Below, in pieces: positions 47,639 to 55,860 of a stretch of DNA of 64,000 nt; the stretch's first letter is position 1, and every line of letters starts with the position of its first letter. The stretch is from Patescibacteria group bacterium. Its GTDB lineage: Bacteria > Patescibacteriota > Microgenomatia > 0-14-0-10-38-17. Both the position numbers and the translations under genes were made by a program. The stretch covers positions 143,437 to 207,436 of the forward strand of contig JBMNNJ010000001.1 in assembly GCA_050953885.1 (NCBI GenBank), written 5' to 3'. The notes beneath the pieces were generated by a model. It did no database searches. It saw only the letters and a list, made by a program, of their open reading frames with translations, and had not been told where the DNA came from.

Positions 47639-48181
47639 ATGAGCGGCCGGTTTTATTCCCTTGAAGGCATGGTGATTAACCGCCGTAATTTTGGCGAAGC
47701 CGATCGGCTCATCACTATTTTCCCCAAAAAGCAAGGCAAAACGATTCTTTTGGCGCCGGGGGTGAGGAAAATTACCTCCCGCCGAGGGCCTAAAATAGAA
47801 TTTTTTAATCTTGTCAGCGTCGAGGCAACTCGAGGAAAAACTTGGGATATTTTAACCGAAGCAGAAAGCAAAAAAACTTTTCCTCATCTTAAAAAGGATT
47901 TAAAACGAATTAATGTTGCCTACCAGCTTTGCGAGTTAACCGATCGCTTTATTCCCGAAGGAGAAGAAAATGAAGCCGTTTTCGACCTCCTTTTGGAAAG
48001 CCTGACCCGCCTTGACGAGCCAATTGCCTTTCTTAATTTCGATAATTTACTTTTCCAATTTAAAGCGCGTCTTTTAATCGCCACCGGCTTTTGGCCAAAA
48101 GATGCTAAAATAGCACCAGAAGAAATTGACCGTTATATTGAAAAAATTATTCAGGGAAAGATAAGAAGCGCAAAAATTTAG
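47639..48181 (+). CDS. recO: DNA repair protein RecO
   Basis: GEADRLITI..GK..A.GVRK..S motif. Confidence 0.9.
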   Translation: MSGRFYSLEGMVINRRNFGEADRLITIFPKKQGKTILLAPGVRKITSRRGPKIEFFNLVSVEATRGKTWDILTEAESKKTFPHLKKDLKRINVAYQLCELTDRFIPEGEENEAVFDLLLESLTRLDEPIAFLNFDNLLFQFKARLLIATGFWPKDAKIAPEEIDRYIEKIIQGKIRSAKI

Positions 48182-48184
48182 TAA

Positions 48185-48456
48185 GCACACAAGGTTAAAC
48201 AGGATAAAAAAATCGTTATAAAATGTTATATTGTCTCGTCGAAAACCGTCATTCTGAACTTGATTCAGAATCAGGATAGATCCTGACTTTCGTCAGGATG
48301 ACGGTTACGGAAATGATTCTGTCCGCCGGCTGGCGGATCGTCAGAATGACGAATTGCCATACCCATTACAAATTACGAGTTATTCATTACATATTACGAA
48401 TGATTTTTAGCGCGAACTAACCGCCGCACCATTCAGTGCGGGGCACGAGTTCGCTA
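48185..48456. repeat. Mixed repeat block (decamer, CGTC, micro-hairpin, heptamer, tagcg..cgcta palindrome)
   Basis: Visible repeat motifs. Confidence 0.85.
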
Positions 48457-48509
48457 TTCCATTTGTGTCTTATACCTCACCCTCTATACTAAATACTAAA
48501 TACAACCCT

Positions 48510-49823
48510 ATGGCTACTTTAGACCAAATCGTTTCCCTTTGCAAAAGGCGGGGATTTGTTTTTCCCGGCTCCTCCCTTTACGGAGGATTAGCCAATTCTT
48601 GGGATTATGGCCCTTATGGGGCTGCCTTGAAAAAAAATATTAAGGATCTTTGGTGGCAAACATTTGTAGAAAGACGTTCTGATATTTATGGCTTGGATGG
48701 CTCAATTATTCTTTCCCCAAAAGTTTGGGAGGCGTCAGGCCATGTGGCTCGTTTTACCGATCCAGTTCGTGAATGCAGCGGTTGCCACAAGCGTTTTCGA
48801 ACTGACAAAATCGGGGAAGAAACCAAAAAATGCCCCGAATGCGGTCAGGCTTTAGGCCCAAAAACTTTCTTTAACCCGATGTTTAAAACTTATCTTGGCG
48901 TCAAGGAAGATAAAGCTTCTCTGGCTTACCTCCGACCGGAAACCGCCCAGGCGATTTTTATTAATTTTAAAAACGTTATTGACGCTTGCCACCCTCGGCT
49001 TCCCTTTGGTATTGCCCAGATGGGAAAATCTTTCCGCAATGAAATTACCGCCGGCAATTTCATTTTCCGCACCCTCGAATTTGAGCAAATGGAAATTGAA
49101 TACTTTATCCACGAAAAAGATTGGGAAGAAACTTTTAACTATTGGCTTGAACAAATGCTTGCCTTTGCCCAAAAAGTCGGCATTAAAAAAGACCACCTTA
49201 AAACTCGCGAACATCCCAAAGAAGAACTTTCTCATTATTCAAAAAAAACGGTTGACATTGAGTATCTTTTTCCGTTTGGCCAAAGTGAGCTTTATGGTTT
49301 GGCCTACCGCACCGACTACGATCTTAAAAATCACAGCGAAAAAAGCGGCGTTGATCTTTCCTATCAAGACCCAAAAAGCGGCGAGAAATTTTTCCCTCAT
49401 GTAGTCGAGCCCTCTTTTGGGCTGGAACGTACTATTTTAGCTCTCCTTTTAGACGCCTATCACGAAGAAGAGGTTAGGGGAGAAAAAAGAACCGTTTTGC
49501 GGCTGGCGCCACCAATTGCTCCCGTTAAGGTGGCTGTTTTCCCTCTTTTGGCCAATAAAGAGGATTTAGTAAAAGAGGCCAAAAGAGTTTTTAAGGAATT
49601 AGCCGCTTCTTTTATTAGCGAATTTGACGACATTGGCAACATTGGCAAGCGCTACCGGCGGCAAGACGAAATTGGCACCCCTTGGTGCGTTACTATTGAC
49701 TTTGACACCTTAAAAGATAATACTGTTACCGTGCGCGATCGCGACACCATGAAGCAGGAGCGGGTAAAAATTAATTCTTTGAATGATTATTTTGAGCAGA
49801 AATTAAAAAATGAAAACACTTAA
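48510..49823 (+). CDS. glyQS: Glycine-tRNA ligase, alpha2 (eukaryote) type
   Basis: LRPETAQ, SFRNEI, EFEQME and IGKRYRRQDEIG motifs. Confidence 0.97.
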   Translation: MATLDQIVSLCKRRGFVFPGSSLYGGLANSWDYGPYGAALKKNIKDLWWQTFVERRSDIYGLDGSIILSPKVWEASGHVARFTDPVRECSGCHKRFRTDKIGEETKKCPECGQALGPKTFFNPMFKTYLGVKEDKASLAYLRPETAQAIFINFKNVIDACHPRLPFGIAQMGKSFRNEITAGNFIFRTLEFEQMEIEYFIHEKDWEETFNYWLEQMLAFAQKVGIKKDHLKTREHPKEELSHYSKKTVDIEYLFPFGQSELYGLAYRTDYDLKNHSEKSGVDLSYQDPKSGEKFFPHVVEPSFGLERTILALLLDAYHEEEVRGEKRTVLRLAPPIAPVKVAVFPLLANKEDLVKEAKRVFKELAASFISEFDDIGNIGKRYRRQDEIGTPWCVTIDFDTLKDNTVTVRDRDTMKQERVKINSLNDYFEQKLKNENT

Positions 49824-50553
49824 AAGATTTTCCAAAAAACAAAAAATTATTATCGGCGTTGTTTTTTTAATTCTCTTAGGCGGCCTTATTTTTTTTCTTC
49901 AAAAAAGAGGAGAGAGGGAGGGTTCCCCGACAATTTCTCCCACCCCGCAGGTTAACCGCATTATCCCCCTTAGCCTTGAAGAGATGCCTTATGTTGTCCT
50001 TTCTCCCAAAGAAAATAATCACTACTTAGTTCTTAAGCTTAAGAAAGTTAAAAACGCCGATGGGGTGGAGTTTGAATTAATTTATGAGTTGGAGGACGAA
50101 ATTAGCCGGGGGATTTCCGGCAAAATTGACTTAGAAGGGGAAGAGGCAGAAAAAGAGCTGATGTTAGGCACCTGTTCTAGCGGCACCTGCCGTTTCGACG
50201 AAGGGGTAACTGGCGGCCAGATAATCTTAAATCTTCTTCAAGGAAGCCAAATCCGTTCTTTGCACACCAATTTTGTCATTTTTGAAAAAGAAAGCGCTTC
50301 CCCAGATGGGAAAATTAGCGTTGAGGCGGCCAAAAAAGGGAATTTTCTTCTTTTGGAAGGTGGCGGTTTGCCGGAAAGCCTCGGGGAAGGAAAAGAATTG
50401 TTAGGCGGCCCTTACACCTTAGCCAGCGAGAACCAAAAAAGCTTCTTTACTATTACGGCAGAAAAGGGGAGTTTACTTTATTGGGATGAAAATGAATGGG
50501 TAGAAGCAGAGAAAGAAGAAGCGCCGCTGGGAACCTACGTGCTGGTAAAGTAG
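49810..50553 (+). CDS. Membrane-anchored hypothetical protein
   Basis: N-terminal TM and LGTCSSGTC motif. Confidence 0.7.
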   Translation: MKTLKRFSKKQKIIIGVVFLILLGGLIFFLQKRGEREGSPTISPTPQVNRIIPLSLEEMPYVVLSPKENNHYLVLKLKKVKNADGVEFELIYELEDEISRGISGKIDLEGEEAEKELMLGTCSSGTCRFDEGVTGGQIILNLLQGSQIRSLHTNFVIFEKESASPDGKISVEAAKKGNFLLLEGGGLPESLGEGKELLGGPYTLASENQKSFFTITAEKGSLLYWDENEWVEAEKEEAPLGTYVLVK

Positions 50554-50589
50554 AGCCACACAGCTAAGAAGAACTTCTTAAAAAAAGTT

Positions 50590-51030
50590 AGTAATTCGTA
50601 ACTGGTAATCAGTAACTCGTAATTAAAAAAAATAATTCCGTCTTTGATAATTACGAGTTACGCATTACGGATTACTGATTTTTAATTTTACTCCCTCAGC
50701 TAGCGGATTCGTCAGAACCTGTCCTGAATTTAATTCAGGAATGACGACCACGATTAGCGTCATTCTGAACTTGATTCAGAATCAGTTAGATCCTGACTTT
50801 CGTCAGGATGACGGCTACAGGGATGATCCTATCCGCCAGCTGGCGAATTAAAACGACAACTCAAAACTCAAATCTAAAAAAAACAAATTTAAGTTTTAAA
50901 AAGTTTTAACATTTGCCATGTAGGCCTGCCTTGCCGGCAGGCAGGTTTGCCATTTGCGTTTTGAGATTTGAGTTTATGGTTTTGGTCTTTAAGTTTGACT
51001 TTGCCCTTTGGTCTTTTACTTTTGAGTTAT
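50590..51030. repeat. Inverted gtaact heptamer element, CGTC cluster and caaaactc element with micro-hairpins
   Basis: gtaattcgtaactggtaatc..gttacgcattacggattac; blocks shared with 40520-40960 in rearranged order. Confidence 0.9.
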
Positions 51031-51096
51031 CGCAAAACAACCCCTTTTTGACTAAGTCAGCCCCATCTCTTTTGGTGAAATAAACTTAATAAAAAT

Positions 51097-51172
51097 TGGT
51101 GCTCGCGCTTGGATTTGAACCAAGGACCTCATCGATGTGAACGATGCGCTCTGCCAGCTGAGCCACGCGAGC
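51097..51172 (-). tRNA. tRNA-Val(CAC)
   Basis: Cloverleaf: acceptor GCTCGCG/CGCGAGC, anticodon arm CATCG-TTCACAT-CGATG, TTCAAAT T-loop, encoded CCA. Confidence 0.96.
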
Positions 51173-51276
51173 ATGGCAAACTTAAAAACTAATAACATTA
51201 TACCATCGGTGAAAATAAAAGAGAAACCAGGAAACAACTTTCGCAACCACGGGAGTTGATTATTCTTGACAAAAGT

Positions 51277-51500
51277 GTCATCTTGACTAAAGCCATGATC
51301 TATTTTTGATTCTAAATCCCGCCTGAGGCGGATCCCGTTATGGCGGGACGAGTTCAGGATGACGGTCAACGTTATCCTAACCCCGCCAAAGGCGTGGCTG
51401 ACGAAAGTCAAAATCTTTTTTGATCCTGAATCAAGCTTAGAATGACGGTCAGCGTTATCCTGACCCCGCCAAAGGCGTGGCTGACGAAAGTCAGAATCTG
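51277..51500. repeat. CGTC cluster with nested micro-hairpins
   Basis: cccgccaaaggcgtgg inserted twice; 31-bp double hairpin on the reverse strand. Confidence 0.85.
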
Positions 51501-51690
51501 TTTTTTATTTTAAAATACCTAAAATAACCTCCGCAGGCTGGTTAAAATACACGAATTGACATTAAGCAAAAAACGAATAGACACGAATTTATAGGGGCGT
51601 ACACGTACCGCCCGCATATTGGTATGAATTATTTCCAACGGGGAAATTCTTCCCAACTGGCAATTCGTAAATCACTCCTACTGTAAGTTT

Positions 51691-51746
51691 ATTATTTATA
51701 ATATGCTATGACAAATTTTTAAGCGATCGCTTAAAAATTTGTCATA
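51691..51746. repeat. Inverted second copy of the long perfect palindrome with its flank
   Basis: 40-bp perfect core; flank attatttataatatgc mirrors 42290-42305. Confidence 0.95.
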
Positions 51747-51829
51747 AATAAACAGGTTTACCTAATCGACTAACATTCTTCTTTTAACCATAAGTCATTC
51801 TTCTTTTAATCACAAATTCTTCTCTTGAG

Positions 51830-52400
51830 CACAAAAGGTGAGGGTAATTTCTTTCTTCAGGAGGATATGTTTTGGATAATTTAGAAATTTCTATTGATTC
51901 TATTTTCTTTTCTTGTTCATTTATTTTCTAAAATTTAAAACCAAGTTTTTCAAGTAATTTTAAATATCCACTTGGTTTGGTGCCAAAACTTTTTAATCCC
52001 AAAAGGCTAAATTCTGTAATAATTTTCGCTTTTCTATTCCTCTTTAAAAGATTTATCATTCCCCGAATGGCTTTTTTTCCGCCCCTTCAATATCCATTTT
52101 AATAAAGTCAATTCTTAGGTTATTTCCCCTAAAATAATTATCTAGTGAAATCGCTTCAACTTCTAAAAACCGATCGCTTTGGGGTGAATCATACCGCCGA
52201 TGGCCTCCCAGATTATCTTTAATTAAACAAAACATGCCTCTCTGTTTTGCCAGCCACCGCCTTAGGCACTAAAATCATATCTTTATAACCGTTAAATGCC
52301 TATATTTTTTAAGCAGGAAAAGTTGGCCGGATCTGGCTCAAAAGCAAAAACTCTTCCTTTTTTGCCAACACCATCGGTAAAAATAAAAGAAAAAGCAAGA
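51830..52400 (-). pseudogene. FkbM-family methyltransferase remnant
   Basis: GRVFAFEPDPANF, ISLDNYF and IDFIKMDIEGA in broken frames. Confidence 0.8.
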
Positions 52401-52627
52401 AATAATTTTCGCAACTCTCAGGGTTAGTAAGCTTTTTAATCTTCTTAACAGAATTAATCTTAAACCAACAAACCCGTCTTTTTTTACTAGGAGACTATAT
52501 CAGGAACACAAGTTAATTTTTATTTTTTACACTTAATACATAATACTTCGTCCTTAATACTTTTTTACAAATTGCTTATTATTTTTCCCCTTGTTTTAAA
52601 AATAAAAAGAGGATTATAATAGAGGTC

Positions 52628-53212
52628 ATGAACACTCTTAAAAAAGTCTGGCGGGTTTTTTTGGAAGTTGTTCAAAATATCACCCTTGCCCTCTCCATTT
52701 TTGTTATTATCTACCTTTTCTTTTTCCGCCCTCATCAGGTTAACGGGATGTCAATGTATCCTAATTTTCATAACCGCGACTACATTCTCTCGGAAAAAAT
52801 TTCCTATCGCTTTCGGGAACCAAAGCGGGGCGAGGTGGTGATTTTTAAAGCTCCCCCTTCAGAAAGTTGCGCCGCCATTGAGTGCGAGTATATTAAAAGA
52901 ATTGTGGCCTTGCCGGACGAAAGGGTAGAAATTCGCGAGGGAGCTGTTTATATTGACGGCCAAAAACTGGAAGAGCCGTACCTTGCTGCCGCGACCAAAA
53001 CCCGCAGTGGGACATTTTTAAAGGAAAATGAACCTTATCAAATTCCGGAGGATTATTATCTTCTTTTAGGAGACAATCGTGACGGCTCACGCGACAGCCG
53101 TGACTTTGGACCGATTAAAAAAGAAGCGATTGTGGGCCGGGCTTGGTTGCGTTACTGGCCTCCCGAACAAATTGGCTTTACCCCCGAACCAGTTTACAAT
53201 TTTGCGCCCTAA
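52628..53212 (+). CDS. lepB: Signal peptidase I
   Basis: SMYP, YIKRIV and GDNR..S.DSR motifs. Confidence 0.96.
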   Translation: MNTLKKVWRVFLEVVQNITLALSIFVIIYLFFFRPHQVNGMSMYPNFHNRDYILSEKISYRFREPKRGEVVIFKAPPSESCAAIECEYIKRIVALPDERVEIREGAVYIDGQKLEEPYLAAATKTRSGTFLKENEPYQIPEDYYLLLGDNRDGSRDSRDFGPIKKEAIVGRAWLRYWPPEQIGFTPEPVYNFAP

Positions 53213-54024
53213 CTTTTAATCCTTTTCAAAAAATCTTTTAAGTCTTCTTCTGTTTCGGTTAGCCCCCCACGAAAAACAAGGGTAATCTTAGTCTGCGTTC
53301 GCGAACGGCTTAAGGAGACTCGCGTTGTGGGCGGAAAACTTTCCTTAATCTCTCTTTCTATTTCTTGATACTGGTCTAAATTTTCTCTTGCTTCCTTCTC
53401 CTTTTCTTTTATAAACACCTCGCCTTGGTCTTTTAGGAGCCGGGCAATTTCCTCGGCCCGCCGCACTGATGCTTTTTCCTTCAAAATTTGCTTATAGGCA
53501 GTGACAATTTTCTCCGGAGGCTTTAAACCGGCAATTGCCCGCGCATGACCCTCACTTATTAATCCCGAAAGAAGGCCATCCTTAACCGCATCCGGCAGAG
53601 AAAGCAGGCGGATGGAATTGGAAATATAGGCTTCACTTTTCCCAATTTTCTCGGCAATTTCTGCCAAGCTCAAACCGAATTCCACCTCCAGGCGCTCAAA
53701 GGCTTTTGCCCGATCAAGGGGCCCTAAATCCTCTCTTTGGACATTTTCTATGAGAGCCCATTCCAGCATTTGCCGCGGATTAGTTTCTTTAACAATCGCC
53801 GGTACTTCTTTAAGGCCTAAAATTTTTGCCGACCGCCAGCGCCTCTCCCCGGCAATAATCTGATAGCCGGCAGGCGTTTTGGCAACCACCAGCGGCTCAA
53901 GAATGCCGTGCTGACGAATAGACTCAATTAAATCAGTTAAAGACTCGGGAGTGATCACTCCCCGCGGCTGAAGAGGATTGGGCTGGAGTTCATCAACAGG
54001 GATCTCAATAACTTGCTGGCTCAT
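53209..54024 (-). CDS. parB: ParB/Spo0J partition protein
   Basis: [15 protein letters not shown] and [10 protein letters not shown] motifs. Confidence 0.95.
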   Translation of the reverse strand: MSQQVIEIPVDELQPNPLQPRGVITPESLTDLIESIRQHGILEPLVVAKTPAGYQIIAGERRWRSAKILGLKEVPAIVKETNPRQMLEWALIENVQREDLGPLDRAKAFERLEVEFGLSLAEIAEKIGKSEAYISNSIRLLSLPDAVKDGLLSGLISEGHARAIAGLKPPEKIVTAYKQILKEKASVRRAEEIARLLKDQGEVFIKEKEKEARENLDQYQEIEREIKESFPPTTRVSLSRSRTQTKITLVFRGGLTETEEDLKDFLKRIKS

Positions 54025-54272
54025 AAGGGAATAACCTCAATAATTTTTTTCCCTTCTTTTTTAGCAAAAACAACTTTGCCCTTAGTTTTGGCAAAGATCG
54101 TAAAATCCCGCCCCATGGCCGTTCCTTTGCCGGGATGAAATTTTGTCCCTCGCTGGCGAATAATAATATTGCCCGATTGCGCCATTTGCTCTCCAAAAAT
54201 CTTCACCCCTAATCTTTTCCCGGGTCGAGGCGGTTTTTGATTTGCCTTTCCGGCCGCTTTTGTTTTAGACAT
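54021..54272 (-). CDS. rpmA: 50S ribosomal protein L27
   Basis: [21 protein letters not shown]. Confidence 0.96.
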   Translation of the reverse strand: MSKTKAAGKANQKPPRPGKRLGVKIFGEQMAQSGNIIIRQRGTKFHPGKGTAMGRDFTIFAKTKGKVVFAKKEGKKIIEVIPL

Positions 54273-54282
54273 TTTCTAAAAA

Positions 54283-54621
54283 TTAAACATTAATACTTAA
54301 AATTTTAACCCGCGTAAGATCGGGGCGAAACCCCTTCACCCGGCGATAACGCGATTTGGCCCGATAGGTGGCCACCCGCACTTTTTCTCCCCGAAATTGA
54401 TTTAAAACCTCTGCCTCCACACTTGCCTTTGCTAATAACGGTTGGCCAATCTTTACTTCTTTATTTTTCGCCAAAAGAACTTTATCAAAGTTCACTTTTT
54501 CGCCTTCCTTTTTATCGCCTAGCCCCAAAACATCAATTTCCTCACCCGCCGCCACCCGATACTGCTGGCCACCCCACGAAATAATCGCGTATTGTGGATT
54601 ATCTTTTTGTTGACCGGTCAT
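54283..54621 (-). CDS. rplU: 50S ribosomal protein L21
   Basis: YAII..GGQQYRV..GEKV..YRRVKGFR. Confidence 0.93.
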   Translation of the reverse strand: MTGQQKDNPQYAIISWGGQQYRVAAGEEIDVLGLGDKKEGEKVNFDKVLLAKNKEVKIGQPLLAKASVEAEVLNQFRGEKVRVATYRAKSRYRRVKGFRPDLTRVKILSINV

Positions 54622-54630
54622 AAATAAACT

Positions 54631-54778
54631 AAATTCAAAGTTTAAAGTTACAAGTCAAATGGCAAAACTACAACTTAAAACTCAAATCTGGAAAAACAAT
54701 ATTTTAAAAAGATTTAAGATTTAACATGTAGTTTTGAGTTTTGTCCGCCAGCTGGCGGATTGACTTTTGACTTTTTCA
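54631..54778. repeat. Inverted heptamer element with inserted tccgccagctggcgga
   Basis: caaaactacaactt..catgtagttttgagtttt. Confidence 0.85.
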
Positions 54779-54783
54779 TTATA

Positions 54784-55848
54784 TCATTCCCTCCCGCTAA
54801 TATAAAGAGCTTCTTTTGGGGCCTGAAATCCTGCTTCGCGCCATAAGGAATGACAAAGGCCCAAACCAGCCATCGTTGCTATATAAGAGGAGCCACCGTA
54901 GGAAAGAAGGGGAAGAGTAATGCCGGTAATCGGTAGAAGACCTAAATTCATGCCAATATTAATCGTTGTCTGAACCAAAAGCAAGGTAAAAACACCAAAA
55001 ACAACTCCCTTTTCAAAAAGAGAAGTTTGGGCAAAGGCAATATCCAAAAGATGCCAAAAAAGAACCCCGTAAGACAAAAGCACCAAGGCTCCCCCGGCAA
55101 AGCCAAAAGACTCAACAAATGAAGCAAAAATTAAATCGTTATGGTATTCAGGCAAAAATGCTAGCCGGCTTTGAACTTGCAATCCCAAACCCCGACCCAA
55201 AAACCTCCCCGAACCAATGGCAATTAAGGCCTGAAGCGATTGATAATTACTCCCTAAGGGATCGGCTTGAGGATTAAAAAAAGAAATTAAACGCTCTTTT
55301 TGGAAAGGAGCCAAAAATTGCCAAAAAAGAGGCAAGAGAAGCAACCCCACTAAAGAGATTGCCAAAAAAGGCTTCCACGCTTTAGGACGAACTAAAATTA
55401 CCCCCAAACATCCCGCCAAAACGGTTAAAGTACTGCCTAAGTCAGGCTGAATGAAAATGAGAACGGCAATCAAAGCACTTACCAAAAAAGGAAACCAAAA
55501 ACCGGGGAGAAAAGCAACCAAAAGAATTGCTAAAGGTTTAATTGCTTCTGACGGCTGGAAAGAAAAAGACCCCAAAGATAACCATCTTGCCACCCCCCTG
55601 ACCCTTTGGCCCAAAAGTAAAGGGAGAAGCAGTAAAATAAAAGCAATCACCCCAAAAAAAGGGGCCAATTTTTTTAGCAATTTCCCCGGCAAAAAGGAAA
55701 CAAGAAAGAAAATCATAAAGCCGAGCGCCACACTAATTAATTGATTTTTTAAAGACTCGCTTTTAATGTCGCCTAAGAGAATTAAGCTGGAGGCGGTTAA
55801 AAAAACTACCGGCCCCAAAAGCCAACCGTCAATTTTGTTCTTTCTCAT
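54784..55848 (-). CDS. rodA: SEDS protein RodA/FtsW
   Basis: FQPSE, QPDLGS, LPEYHND and ITGITLPLLSYGGSS motifs. Confidence 0.9.
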   Translation of the reverse strand: MRKNKIDGWLLGPVVFLTASSLILLGDIKSESLKNQLISVALGFMIFFLVSFLPGKLLKKLAPFFGVIAFILLLLPLLLGQRVRGVARWLSLGSFSFQPSEAIKPLAILLVAFLPGFWFPFLVSALIAVLIFIQPDLGSTLTVLAGCLGVILVRPKAWKPFLAISLVGLLLLPLFWQFLAPFQKERLISFFNPQADPLGSNYQSLQALIAIGSGRFLGRGLGLQVQSRLAFLPEYHNDLIFASFVESFGFAGGALVLLSYGVLFWHLLDIAFAQTSLFEKGVVFGVFTLLLVQTTINIGMNLGLLPITGITLPLLSYGGSSYIATMAGLGLCHSLWREAGFQAPKEALYISGRE

Positions 55849-55860
55849 TTTAGGGGTTTC

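Noticed and set aside
51097-51172. tRNA-targeted integrated island
   Set aside because: No integrase and no duplicated tRNA 3' end seen.
51052-51411. 119-aa ORF
   Set aside because: It overlaps the tRNA-Val and repeats.
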